Positions 24,547 to 37,929 of a stretch of 64,000 nt of DNA are shown piece by piece (positions within the stretch are counted from its first letter, which is position 1; the number at the start of each line of letters is the position of its first letter). Made by a program: the position numbers and the translations under genes. This DNA is from Squalus acanthias (taxonomy: Eukaryota): NCBI GenBank assembly GCA_030390025.1, contig CM059432.1, forward strand, positions 50,408,001 to 50,472,000, written 5' to 3'. Under the pieces are notes generated by a model, which searched no databases, was not told the origin of the DNA, and saw nothing but the letters and a program-made list of their open reading frames with translations.

Positions 24547-25600
24547 GGGCTAAAAAATTCGAGAGCAACACGAAAGCTGCCGGTGCCACCGCAGCCACAG
24601 GTTAACAGGCGCCGAAAATGGTGGCACTGGTAGGACTGAACAATTGGCGCTGGGGACTAATGATTATTAACCCAGCGCTAAACTCACCGTGTAACGCCCT
24701 CCTGGTGGCTTTCGTCCCGGCATCAGGCCCCAATGTGGTGTCCACAAGCAGCTTCGAACAGCCTCTGAAAGTGAGGCTGTGATTTCGCAAAGCATTGTGG
24801 GATCTTAAAGGGCAATGCATTGTTGTTTTCTTAAAAGGCCAATGTCTTCTGAAATGATAAAAAGAATCTAAAAATATGCAATATTCAGCTCTTATAGCTC
24901 AACTGCTTTCTGGAAAAAAAAATAACATTAAAAAGAATTCCCAAATGGGAGTCTTCCACACTTAAATTTGAATTCCCTTCCGCACTTAAAAAAAGGAAAA
25001 AGTGCTTCAGCACTAACTCAAATGGCTCAGCAAGCCAGGGAAGGGTCACGCAGGGTCTCGCACACTGCACTCCAGCTTTGTGCAGGGGGATCAACACTGC
25101 AAGAGAGGTCCTCTACCCACAGGGGCCAGGAGGCCCTTCAGAAACAACAATGTGGGACCAGATCACTGAGACGTCACTGCCAGCAGTGACATCCCCAACG
25201 ACCTGGCTCCAATGCCCAAAGAAGCTTCATGACCTCAGACCAGTTTGTCATTGAATGCATCTTCAAAAGCCGTCTCCTACCAACTGCATCACTAGTCTCA
25301 CACACTTCTCAATGCATGACTCCACCCCACCCGCCCACCCATCACTCACCTACCAACAATCTGTACCAAACATGAGGCACACCTCCCATTCCTAGTTTCA
25401 CCTCACCCCCTTAGAGGAGACGATGCTGGCCATTCTTGGCAGGGCCATGGCTAAGTACTTGGCCAGCAGCGGGGCTGAAAGGATACAAGATGCTGGTATC
25501 CTCATACGTTATCCTCCTTCTCACATGCACCTCTTGCTTGCCCGCCCTCCCCTCACCACAACTCCACCCTTGTGCCTTCCTCATTTCACACACCCAAGAC
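24547..25600 (+). mobile_element. Degenerate Harbinger fragment with Myb exon remnant
   Basis: TIR-like GGGCTAAAAAATTCG; TWLQCPKKLHDL remnant at ~25200-25235. Confidence 0.65.
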
Positions 25601-26061
25601 ACCCTCCTAATATCTCCTTCTTTGGCTCATAGTCAATTTTTGTCTGATTACACTCCTGTGAAACACCTTGGAACGATTTCCTACAAAAAGGTGCTATATA
25701 AATACAAGTTGGTGGTTTTGCTTATATATTAGAAAGTAGAAAAAACAAGAACAAATCTTTTGATTTTATTCTTTTTGTCACAGCACTATTTTAAGTTAAC
25801 TAGCTATTCATAATGAGGGTGCTTATCTAATTTTCCAAGATAAATGGTACTTCAATCAGGAATTCTAATAAATGCAGATAAAAATAGCCAATTGCAAACT
25901 TCTGTTATCTACAGTGTTTAATTATTCCTGTGGCACTTCAATTTAAACAACGGGACAAGTAAAAAGCATATAAACATATATTTGTACAAACGTGGTTAGA
26001 AATAGAAAACACATATCTGTCTCCAAGCATAATTAGGCAGTTAATGAATTATAGGATCAAC

Positions 26062-26276
26062 TTCGTAAGGCCCCACTGTCGACACTCAGCATCGCTTGAT
26101 GGGAGCACGGCTGGGAGAATCGGACATGGAGGTCAATGTGCCTGAGTCACGGTGCCCTGACTTTTGGTGAGTCATTTAAATGACCAGATAATGAAGATCA
26201 TCACAAATTCCACACCCCATTCTCCATTGGTGCTCCCATTAATCAAAGCTCCATGTTGAGAATAGAGCCTCACAAA
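26062..26276. repeat. Old fold-back MITE-like element
   Basis: ~65-bp imperfect terminal inverted repeats including ATGGGAGCAC / GTGCTCCCAT and GGAGAAT / ATTCTCC. Confidence 0.55.
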
Positions 26277-26759
26277 ATTTATCATTATACTAAATATTCT
26301 GAAACTGGATAACTGGTGGGCAGTTTATAATTGGATTGATTGTTTTTTTAAGTTTCAGTTTTGAAGGTATTTGTTTGTGTTGTTTTAATCTGTTTCCCAT
26401 TCTGCATAATATTTCCTGATTGAAAGGGACATACAAATAGGAGTAGCCATACAGCCTAGCAAGTCTGTTCTTCCATTTTGTTAGTCATGGCAGCTTGTCT
26501 CGATAATCCTAATGTCTCACCTCCTCTCTATATCCTTTATAACCCTTATTTTCCAAGTAAGCATTTATTTCCTTTTAAAACTCTTCAATTGATTCTGCAT
26601 GGCATTCGGGTCAGTGAACTCCATATCCTCACAACTATTTGTGTTAACAAAGTGATCGGCTTCCCAACCTCTGCCAGTGCTGCAAACTTGCACTCTACTA
26701 TTATACGACACAGTATATTGGGCCCCTATTCGTTATATGACATTGCACCGGATTAAGAT

Positions 26760-28205
26760 TTTCTATTTATTGCTGGCTGGCTTCAGGACAGAAAGCAGAG
26801 AGTAGGAGTAAAGGGTAGCTATTCATAGTGGCAGAAGGTGGGTAGCGGTGTTCCACAAGGATCAGTGCTGGGACCACTGCTTTTCAAAATTTACATTAAC
26901 GATTTAGACTTAGGAATCAAAAACACAATTTCTAAATTTGCGGATGACACCAAATTGGGCGGGATAGTCAATACTGAGGAGGACTGCAACAAGTTACAGG
27001 AGGACATTAATAAACTTGCATAATGGGAAATAATTGGCAAATGAAGTTCAACACAGATAAATGTGAGGTATTACATTTTGGTAGGAAGAATAGGGAGGTC
27101 ACTTATCACTTGGAGGGTGCGAGTCTAGGTGGGGTAGAGGAACAAAGGGATCTAGGAGTACAAATACACAAATCACTAAAGGTTGCGCCACAGGTTAGCA
27201 AGGCCATAAAAAAAGCAAACCAAGCACTAGGGTTTATTTCTAGAGGGATAGAATTGAAAAGTAGGGAAGTTATGCTAAACCTGTATCGAACCTTGGTTAG
27301 ACCACACATAGAGTACTGCGTACAGTTGTGGTCACCATACTATAAAAAGGATATAGAGGCACTGGAGAAGGTGCAAAGAAGATTTACAAAGATGATACCA
27401 GAAATGTGAGGGTATACATATCAGGACTGCAGCAACTCACCAAGGCGTCTTCAGCAGCACCTCCCAAACTCGCGACCTCTTCCATCTAGAAGGACAAAGG
27501 CAGCAGGCGCATGGGAAAACCACCACCTCCAAATTCCCCTCCAAGTCACACACCATCCTGACTTGGAAGTATATCGCCGATCCTTCATCGTCACTGGGTC
27601 AAAATCCTGGAACTCCCAACCTAACAGCATTGTGGGAGTACCTTCACCACACGGACTGCAGCGGTTCAAGAAGGCAGCTCACCACCACCTTCTCAAGGGC
27701 AATTACGGATGGGCAATAAATGCTGGCCTTGCCAACGACACCCACATCCCATAAAAAACAAATTTTAAAAAAGGAAAGGATGAACAGGCTGTGTCTCTTT
27801 TGTCTTGAAAAAAGACTGAGGTTGACGTAATAGAGGTCTTTAAAATTATGAAAAATTTTGATAGAGTGCATAGAGAGAGAATATTTCCACTTGTGGGGAA
27901 GAGCATAACTAGAGGCCATCAATATAAGATAGTCACCAAGAAATCCAATAGGGAATTCAGAAGAAACTTCTTTACCCAAAGAGTGGTGAGTATGTGGAAC
28001 TTTCTACCACAGGGAGTGGTTGAAGCGAATAGTATCGATGTATTTAAGAGGAAGCTAGACAAGCATATGAGGGAGAAGGGAATAGAGGGTTATGCTGATA
28101 GATTTAGATGAGGAAAGATGGGAGGAGGCTCATGTGGAGCATAAACGCCGGCATAGACTAGTTGGGCTGAATGGCCTGTTTCTGTGCCATATATCCTATG
28201 TAATT
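26760..28205 (+). mobile_element. CR1 RT and 3' end, interrupted at 27427-27771
   Basis: GVPQGSVLGPLLF, KFADDTK, LVRPHIEYCVQLW, RRNFFTQRVV. Confidence 0.92.
27427..27771 (+). mobile_element. 3' fragment of the 15552-16350 LINE family nested in CR1
   Basis: High similarity to ~16031-16345; short AGGA duplication at the flanks. Confidence 0.85.
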
Positions 28206-30782
28206 TAAGTCCTATGCTTGTATAAAAGATTTATTATATGTACCTGCTTGGAATGTGATGCATTATTGAGTGGTTATATTTCTCATTGATGAAAGCATGA
28301 TTGATTAATCTAGTTGACAAACAGTCAGCTTGGCGTTGAGGAGAGGAGTGAAAATTAGTGAAGGTATAAGCATTGTGTCAAAAATAATCCTATGTATTTG
28401 GAGCACATCAATTAAAATATATGGTGGTGTGAGTTCTACAATTTTGTATATGCATCAACAATTATGTGACACAGGGTGCACATTTCAATGTGTTTCACAT
28501 CTGCAGTGAGATGTATTTTGTAATTTTCTTCCCAGGATTGATGCACACTGTATTGATACCTATATGAGCTTTTTTAATCATGTGTGACATTCAAACAGGA
28601 TGCAGATTAGATTGAAATCTATAACAATTTGTCACACAGTATGAAGAGATGAACTCAAGCAATGGGCTAAATAATGCAATGCATACCCAAACTGATTGAT
28701 GAAAGAAGCAACTGTGCTCACGATGCTAATGTCCTTCCTAAGAACATAAGACGTAGGAGCAGGAGTAGGTCATTTGGCCCCTCGAGCCTGCTCCGCCATT
28801 CAATAAGATCATGACTGATCTGATCGTGGCCTCAACTCCACTTCCCTGCCCGCTCCCCATAACCCTTGACTCCCTTACCTTTCAAAATAATGTCTATCTC
28901 CACCTTAAATATATTCAATGACCCAGCCTCCACAGCTCTCTGGGGAAGAGAATTCCAAAGAATCACGACCCTGAGAGAAGAAATTCTTCCTCATTTCCGA
29001 TTTAAAAGGTGCCCCCTTATTCTGAAATGATGCCCCTAGTTCTAGATTCCCCCACGAGGGGAAACATCCTCTCTGCATCTACCCTGTCAAGCCCCTTCAG
29101 AATCTTATACGTTTCAATAAGATCCCCTCTCATTCTTCTAAACTCCAATGAGTATAAGCCCAACCTGCTCAACCTTTCTTCATAAGACAACCCCTTCATC
29201 TCCGGAATCAACCTCGTGAACCTTCTCTGAACTGCCTCCAATGCAAGTATATCCTTCCTTAAATAAGGAGACCAAAACTGTACGCAGTACTCCAGGTGTG
29301 GTCTCACCAACACCCTGTACAGTTGTAACAGGACTTCCTTACTTTTATACTCCATTCCCTTTGCAATAAAGGCCAACATTCCATTTGCCTTCCTAATTAC
29401 TTGCTGTACCTGCATGCTAACATTTTGTAATTCATATACAAGGACCCCCAGATCCCTCTATATCTCAGCATTTTGTAATCTCTCTCCATTTAAATAATAA
29501 TTTGCTTTTTTATTTTTCCGACCAAAACCTCGCATTTTCCCACATTAAACTCCATCTGCCAGATTTTTGCCCACTCACTTAGCCTATCTATATCCCTTTG
29601 GAAATTCTTTGCATCCTCCACACAATTTGCTTTCCCACCTATCTTTGTATCATCAGCAAATTTTGCTACATTACACTCAGTCCCTTTATCCAAGTCATTA
29701 ATATAGATTGTAAATAGTTGAGGCCCCAGCACTGATCCCTGCGGCACCCCACTAGTTACAGTTTGCCAACCTGAAATTGACCCATTTATCCCAACTCTCT
29801 GTTTTCTGTTAGTTAGCCAATCCTCTATCCATGCGAATATATTACCCCCAACCCCGTGAGCTCTTATCTTGTGTAGTAGCCTTTTATGTGGCACCTTATC
29901 GAATGCCTTCTGGAAATCCAAATACACGACATCTACTGGTTCCCCTTTATCCACCCTGCTTGTTACATCCTCAAAGAATTCCAGCAAATTTGTCAAAAAT
30001 GATTTCCCTTTCATAAAACCATGCTGACTCTGCTTGACTATATTATGATTTTGTAAATGTCCTGCTACCACTTCTTTAATGATGGACTCCAGCATTTTCC
30101 CAATGACAGATGTTAGGCTAACTGGTCGATAGCTGCCTGCTTTCTGTCTCCCTCCTTTCTTAAATAGGGGCGTTACATTTGCGGTTTCCCAGTCCGCTGG
30201 GACCTCTCCAGAATCCAGGGAATTTTGGTAGATTACAACCAATGCATCCACTATCTCTGCAGCCACCTCTTTTAAGACTCTAGGATGCAGGCCATCAGGT
30301 CCAGGGGACTTGCCCACCTTTAGTCCCATTAGTTTGCCTAGTACTTTCTCCCTAGTGATAGTGATTGTTTTAAGTCCCCCCCCCCCCCCCCACCGCAATA
30401 GCCCCTTGATTATACATTATTGGGAGGCTTTTAGTGTCCTCCACCGTGAAGACCGATACAAAATATTTGTTCAAAGTCTCCACCATTTCCCTGTTTCCTA
30501 TTATTAATTGCCCAGACTCATCCTCTAGGAGACCAACGTTTACTTTAGCTACTCTCTTCCTTTTTATATACCTGTAGAAGCTCTTACTGTCTGTTTTTAT
30601 AGTTCTTGCTATCTTCTCGCTCTTTATCATTTTTTTAATCGTCCTTTGCTGGTTTTTAAAAATTGCCCAATCCTCTGGCCTTTCACAATTCTTCACAACA
30701 TTATATGCTTTTGTTTTCAATTTGATACCATCTTTACTTCCTTAGTTAGCCACAGATGGTTCATCCTTCTCTTAGAATCTTT

Positions 30783-31473
30783 GGGGTAAAAATTGGGTAG
30801 CGCCCCCTTTGAAACATTACCTTCGCTGGGGCGCTAATTCGCCAATTTTCCCAGGTAGCATCCCGAGAGGGAGGAGGGGCTCTACTGGAAGCGCCCCGTG
30901 TCCCTCTTGGGGCGCTGCGAGGCAATATCGCGACGCTACATGCCGCAGTACTGCAGGCCTTCCTCCCCTTATTAAAGGGGAGGGGCCTGGTGCAGCGCGT
31001 CCCGGCACCCAGCTGGGCCACAGGGTTCAGGAGTGCCAGCAAACGAGCCCGGCACTCAAGAGGAGTGCCGAGCTCACGGAGAGCAGCCGGCACCCTGCGG
31101 GGGGAATTCACGGGGGCCGGGGACAGCAACGGGGGGCAGGTGCTGGCAAGCGACCAGCAACAAAAATGGCCACCCGCCACCTCCCCTTTAACTAGCGTCG
31201 CCCCGGCCGCAGGTAGGCCCCCCTGACACCGGCGGACATAGCGTCTGGTGGTACGTCGGGGGGGCGCCACCCAATGTTACAGCTGTGGCACGAGCGGGGC
31301 ACTGCGCACGGTGATTATGTCATCGCCGGCGGCGTAGCACCGCGCCACGCTAACGGTTAGCACCACCGCTAACCACCTGCTGAATTTCGTGGGAGGCGTT
31401 AGTGGCGCCGCGCCCAGGCGCTAGTTGATTTGCGCCCCAAATGGGAGGCGCAAATCAACCGAATTTAGCCCCC
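30783..31473. mobile_element. GC-rich non-autonomous Harbinger-type element, family N2 copy 1, inside CR1 ORF2
   Basis: Ends GGGGTAAAAATTGG / reverse complement GGGGGCTAAATTCGG; TSD TTT; collinear with 47102-47797. Confidence 0.85.
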
Positions 31474-32501
31474 TTTCTTTCTCACTGGAATATATCTTTG
31501 CTGAGAGTTATGAAATATCTCCTTAAATGTTTGCCACTGCTTTTCTACAGTCTTACCCTGTAATATATTTTCCCAGTCCACTTTAACCAAGTCTGCCTTC
31601 ATACCTTTGTAATTACCTTTGTTTAAGTTCAGGACACTAGCTTGAGACCTAGCTTTCTCACCCTCAAACTGAATTTGAAATTCTACCACACTATGATCAC
31701 TCTTCCCAAGAGGATCCGTCACTTCGAGATCATTAATTAATCCAGCCTCATTACACATTACCAGATCTAAAATAGTCTTCTCCCTGGTTGGTTCCCCAAC
31801 ATATTGTTCCAAGAAACCATCCCGTATACACTCTAAGAACTCTTCCTCAAGTCTACCCTTGCCAATTTGCTTTGTCCAATCAATATGAAGATTAAAGTCT
31901 CCCATGATTATAGTCGTACCTTTCTTACAAGTCTCTATTATTTCTTGATTTATACTCTGTCCTACAGTGTGGTTACTGTTTGGGGGCCTGTAGACCACTC
32001 CCACCAGTGACTTCTTACCTTTATTATTTCTTATCTCCAGCCAAACTGATTCTACGTCTTGATCTTCTAAGCCAATATCATTTCTCATTACTGCACTGAT
32101 CTCATCCCTTATTAACAAAGCTACACCACCTCCTTTTCCTTTCTGCCTATCCTTGCAAAATGGCAAATACCCCTGAATATTCAGTTCCCAGCCTTGGTCA
32201 CCTTGCAACCACGTCTCTGTAATGGCCATCAAATCATGCCCATTTATTTCTATTTGTCCTGTCAACTCATCTATCTTGCTACAAATGCTGTGTGCGTTCA
32301 GATATACAGCTTTTAATGTTGTCTTTTTACCATTTTTCACTAATCTGACCCCTCTTTCTGATACACTCTTATGTGTATACGTTCTGTCCCTTCCTGTCAC
32401 ACTCTGGTTATCATTACCCCTATCGTTACCCTGCACTTTTGCCTTCTCATTTTTCTTTGACTTTTTAAATTTCCGCTCAGCATATCACTCCCCCCCACTA
32501 T

Positions 32502-33152
32502 TTAGTTTAAAGCCCTATCTACAGCCCTAGTTATTTGATTCACCAGGACACTGGTCCCAGCCTGGTTCAAATGAAGCCAGTTCCGACGGAACAGGTCCCT
32601 CTTATCCCAGTACTGGTGCCAGTGCCCCAGGAATCGAAACCCATTTCTCCCACACCAATCTTTGAGCCACTCGTTCATCTCTCTGATCTTATTTACCCTA
32701 TGCCAATTTGCACGTAGTAATCCAGAGATTATTACCTTTGTGGTTCTGCTTTTTAATTTAGCCCCTAGCTGCTCATACTCCCTGAGCAGAACTTCTTTCT
32801 TTGTCCTACCTATGTCATTGGTACCTACATGGACCACGACAACTGGATCGTTCCCCTCCCACTCTAAGTTCCTCTCCAGCCCAGAGGAGATGTCCTTTAC
32901 CCTGGCACCGGGCAGGCAACACAGCCTTCGGGATTCACGCTCTTGGCTGCAGAGAACAGTGTCTATCCCCCTAACTATACTGTCCCCTACCACTACCACA
33001 TTTCTTTTTGCTCCCCCCACTTGAATGGCTCCCTGTACCATGATGCTGTGGTCAATTTGCTCATCCTCCCTGCAGTCCCTGCTCTCGTCCACACAGGGAG
33101 TAAGAACCTCATAACTGTTGGACAAGAGCAAGGGCTGAGGCTCCTCCACCAC
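32502..33152 (-). pseudogene. CR1 ORF1p with SGNH/GDSL esterase domain
   Basis: VVVGDSIVRG, PGARVKD, VHVGTNDI and WLHLN motifs. Confidence 0.88.
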
Positions 33153-34845
33153 TACCTCCTGGGTCGTGCAGATTTTTAACTCCTGCTCTCCTGGAGGCTG
33201 ACAAAGAAAGAAAAAGAAAGGAGCAACTCCCTCCCCTCCTAACTCCCTTACTCAGCAAACTCGCAGGCTTACACTCTGTTCCAAGCTGCACTCCGTGACA
33301 AACTGCACTCTAGCCTTCCTTGTTTATACTACTGAGATCTATGAGTCAGCTCTCTGGCAGTTGCAGATCCAGATTAGACCAGTTAATTAACTAACAAGCC
33401 CCACCCACTCTCCAGCACAGAGCTTGCTTTGCCCTGCCCAAGCCTTGGAGAAACTTAAAACTTAAAAACAGTAAATTTAAGTTAAATGCTAATTGCAAGC
33501 ACACAAGACTAGATTTTATATATAAAAAAGAGAGGGATTAACCCTTAAGATTCACTCCCTTACTCACCAAACTCGCAGGCTTACACTCTGTCCAAGTTGC
33601 ACTCCTATAGGAAGAAGTCACTTCAATAAGAAATTAGCCTTTGTCAACAATATTCTGCAAAACCAGGAATAACTGCTGACTGTAAAAACAAAATTCATGC
33701 CAGTTCAAAAATCTGCAGGTATATGGCCCATTGATTGAATGCATGGTTGAAAGTGCAAAAGAAGAGCATAGACCTGCAGACCCAGTGGAATGACACAAAG
33801 TAGAGAGATAGGGAAAGGTGATCCCACTGCAAAAATAAAATGGCACAAATGGGTGGAGAGCCACAATTTCTAAATCAGTTAACGCCAGAAGATTAGCAAA
33901 TCACTAATGACATGTGTTGGCAGTCCTGACACTTTTACAAACCCAACAATAGGACCAGTCCAATGAAAGAAGGAGCACTCAGACGAGCCAGCACACCCCA
34001 AGTGCAGAAATAGTGCAGGTTCAGCTAATTCTGTGTTTTATATATATTTTAAAAATATTTTTTTAATTAAGGTCCTCAATTTGTACAGTTGGTGTAAATT
34101 ATACTTTCACCTTGTAGAGCATAGTGGCACAGCACAGTCTTTGAATACCAACAGCCATCCACCGTCCTAGGTATATCACATCATAGGACTTTCCATATTC
34201 CTCTTGAGAAGTTACTTCCTCCAAAAGTTGGGCTGGATCTTCTACTTCTCCTCCACCCTACCTTTTCTCCTTCACCCAGCAAAATTAGTGCTTAAACTAT
34301 GCTGATTTTAAAAGTTATAGTTTGAAATTTGTTCCAAACTGCAATCCATTTCTTTCTTGTTCATCGAAGAATCTAGTTTTTTTGTTGTCTTCTTGTCTAT
34401 CATATGCAATCCCTCACCGCTGTGACCCATTAAAGTGCTTCAATACATTCCCATATCTAGCACTTGTCCTGTCAAGAACCATCAAATTTACATTATGTAT
34501 ACCCATTATAGTGCATTGTATATTGGCATGGACTGTAGTTCCCAATGATCTTTAAGAATAGCCATATAATCTTGTTCATGTGTACCTCCATGCTCCACAA
34601 TCTCTTTCCATCATCCTGCTGTCATTATTAGTCTCCTATATGTCAAGAATACGCAGTGTTTTCACAAGAGGAGAGATACAACAAAGATCAAAAGTATTTA
34701 TAGAAGTGCACAGTGTCTCAAACCAGTGTAAGCATCAAAATCCAATTTCAAGGTGTCACGTGTGCACTCTATTACTATCCTGCTGGTAGTGTGAGCTCAA
34801 TTTAAAGATTTAACATTGCAGTCATGAACCACAGCTTAAATTATT

Positions 34846-35598
34846 GGGCCAAAAATTCGGCACTTGCCAGGTGAGTACGCGCTGTGTACTCACCCGGAAG
34901 GCCTCCTGAAGTGCCGGTTTCCTGCATGCACTGCGCATGCGCGGGAAACCAGAACTTTCGGTCTCGTGAAGGGAGGGGTTGAGAGGTGAACTGCGTGCGC
35001 GGGAGAGGCTGCGCGCACGCAGCGAACTTAGGTTTTTTTTCAGGTTTCTCCGGGAAGGTAAGTATGGAAGAAGCTGCGCTTTTAAAAAGGAGGCGCAAGA
35101 CCCGTTTTTAACAAGGTAAGTGGTTAATTAATTACAATTTTAAAAAAATTTCCACAGGTTTATCTTTTTTAGATACTTTAAAGAAAGGTAAGTTTATTTT
35201 TAGCACTGTTAAAAAGTATTTTAATTTTGTCAAAAATTTAAATTTTTGTTTAAAGTAGTTAATTTATTTAACTTATAGTTATTTTAAAAATGTGATGGTT
35301 TTTTTGAAATTTATTTGAAGTTTAGGTGTTGTTTTGGGGCCGATTTCAATTCAGGTCTTCCTGTCAAATCTATGAATGAAAGATGGTCTGCTGCCATTGG
35401 CTCTCCATGGCCCACGTAATCCCAGGGGACACATCGCACTAACTACGCCCCTGGGATACACAAGCACTGCGCACCACAGCTGCAGGAGGCCCAGGAGCTG
35501 AAGTCCCCGTGGGCCCAGAGGTCAACGGCAGGCGCGGTAGGTAGGTGCGCGCAGGATCCTTGCACCCGCGGGAAGCCAGGGAGCCTAATTTCTGGGCC
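34846..35598 (+). mobile_element. Non-autonomous Harbinger-type element, family N1 copy 2
   Basis: TIRs GGGCCAAAAATT / reverse complement GGCCCAGAAATT; TSD ATT/ATT. Confidence 0.88.
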
Positions 35599-37829
35599 AT
35601 TGTCTTTGTCACCTGCCTAAGAGAGAATGGCACTCATTAAAAAGAGCACATACATCTACAGATTAGAGAGTAGATTCATGTATTACTTAACAGCAATTTA
35701 CCAGTCAATTCTTTCTCTAAACTGCCAAGAATAAGAGTTATGGATGCTGCCAGATTAACTAGCACATGAATGTTACTCTTTCAAATAAACATGTGCTGTA
35801 ACTGCTCTTTTTAAATTATATATGCAAGTATGTAAGTCAAATTGGAAAGTCAACAATTAGATAGGCTTATGACAAATTTGACACTTATCTTGTTTAATGT
35901 CATAGGAATCTTTATATATTTTTATAACTGAAGCTTATGAAAGTATCACTTTAAATTGATTATTTCAGACCTGGCTTCTCTGTGTTGGCAGAGAATCCAC
36001 ATTCATATATCTGGCTGGAGTTTAAAGACAGATCAGATGCCTCAGTCACCTGCTGTGAAAGCTGACTGGTTCCAACAATACAGCAAAGGGCTCTGAGAGG
36101 TTAAGTGTTAGAATAGACAGGTATCACAAATAGCCTTTGATACTCATTGGGGTCATGAAGTGGGTTGTTGTTTCAGAACTGCTCCTTCAGGGGAGATGAA
36201 TATGCTTTTAGCAGATACTTCAGCCAGCCAGGTGGCATTGTCTCTTTTGATTCTTGATTGACATCTTCATGCTTAGGGAGAGGAACATAATCTGCAGTCC
36301 TTCGTGTTCTTTGACTTGGAAATGAATACATGAAGACTCAGGTGAACTCAGCCTCACGTATGAGTTTTGTGATGGGGCACTGATCCAGATCCAGTGTTAC
36401 TAGGAGACTTTCAACTAGGAACTGTGAGCTTTGTTGTGAGTTAATGAAACCTTCTTCCTGCTGCTTAATTTTTACTTTTAATACTCCTGATTCATAGATT
36501 ATAATCTAAGGCACACTGTCTGCCAGAGTGATCATTTTTGTTATGAAAAGTCATTTCCAGTCAGCAAATTACAACAGGAGTGTTCTATTCAACCCTGGAC
36601 AATGGTATTTTACCGCACATTGTGCAATTAATGTTACGCTTTGATGCATAGGCAGCAAGACTTGCTTATGAAAGTGGCCCTTGATGCTGAGCATAAGAGA
36701 AATATTAGGTGCAGCCCCAAATTGAAAACCTTTATTTTTGCTGCTGCAGAGATGTTAGAAACCTCATAGCATAGTGCCCTCATGAGCCAAGCTGTTATAG
36801 TTGAGAAATAACTTTGGACTGACTAATGTCCACAGTTTCTCCGGCATGGGTCTGAAAACTGCAGATAGCTTAGAAAGTGAACACTGGCACAGGCAAGTAT
36901 GAGCGTGACATTCCAATCTAATTTTAATTCATTGTATGGGCCACACAGCATTTGCTCATTAAATGTATTCCTGTGAAAACAGCACGTGTCAGACAATCAA
37001 TAAAACTAATTTGATGTTCCATGTATCCTAATGGATGTCTCTCTTTGCACAATTATGACAAATTCATAATCCATAAACTCTTTTAAATTGGCAAAAAACA
37101 AAAATGGCAGCTTGTGCACTAATATTTGCTCCACTACAGAGTGGAATAAAGACTCAAGCAGAAGTAACTTTTAAGGAATATAATTGCATTGTGTGCCTCA
37201 TGAGCAGATCTGTTGATACACTAAAAACAAGTTGACATTTTCATAAACATGGAATACGGTGCAGATCGAAAAATGCTGCTTTGCTTTGATATTCATCAAA
37301 ATACTTTGCATAGCACAAAATATATTACACCACTGAGGTAGAATTCCTTCACAGTTTTACTTTAAGTGTCTCAGCCCAAACCACCACTCATCCTTTCCAT
37401 CTCTCAGTTGGATTAGAAATTCTATACATGGGAGTGAATGCATCAAAATTAAATTTGGATCAGTGTTTGTTTGGCTCGAGCTAATTGTATCAGATTTTTT
37501 TTCATCTGGCAGTGATTAATGTTTAGATGGAAAAAAATCAGAGGGAAATAGCACTTTGTACCAATAAAGTTGCATCCTATAATAAAATCATTAGAACGGT
37601 TGAAAACAAAAATCACAATAAAAGACAGTTTCCCTTTAATGGAACAAGTTCAGCGCCAGCACTCTATATATCCTTTGTATTGACCTTTTCTATTTGAAGC
37701 TGGTTAAGTCAATTTATCCAATTGGATACTGGAATCACTTTCCTCCCCACCCGTTACCCAATCGAAATTTCAAGGACATTTGCTAGGAAAAGAGTAAGTA
37801 TTCTTTATGAATTCATTTCCCATCAGTAC

Positions 37830-37929
37830 TAAAATAAAAACAGAAAATGCTGGAAATACTCAGCAGGTCAGGCAGCATCTGTGGAGAGAGAAATAGAGTT
37901 AACGTTTCAGGTCGATGACCTTTCGTCAG
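37830..37929 (-). mobile_element. Penelope family A 3' mini-insertion with hammerhead core (stem I 5' strand lost)
   Basis: Matches ~42892-42987. TCAGTAC duplicated at 37823-37829 and 37926-37932, overlapping the CUGA core. Confidence 0.85.

Larger units (their letters stand above)
28738..33610 (-). mobile_element. Near full-length CR1 (5' UTR, ORF1, ORF2, 3' tail)
   Basis: ORF1 32502-33152; APE 31465-32436; RT 29017-30720; (CATAAGAA) tail. Confidence 0.95.

Noticed and set aside
30761..31270. Pro/Arg/Ala-rich ORFs in GC-rich inserts (also 47006-47703 and 10833-11291)
   Set aside because: Chance ORFs in GC-rich non-autonomous elements; not conserved between sister copies.
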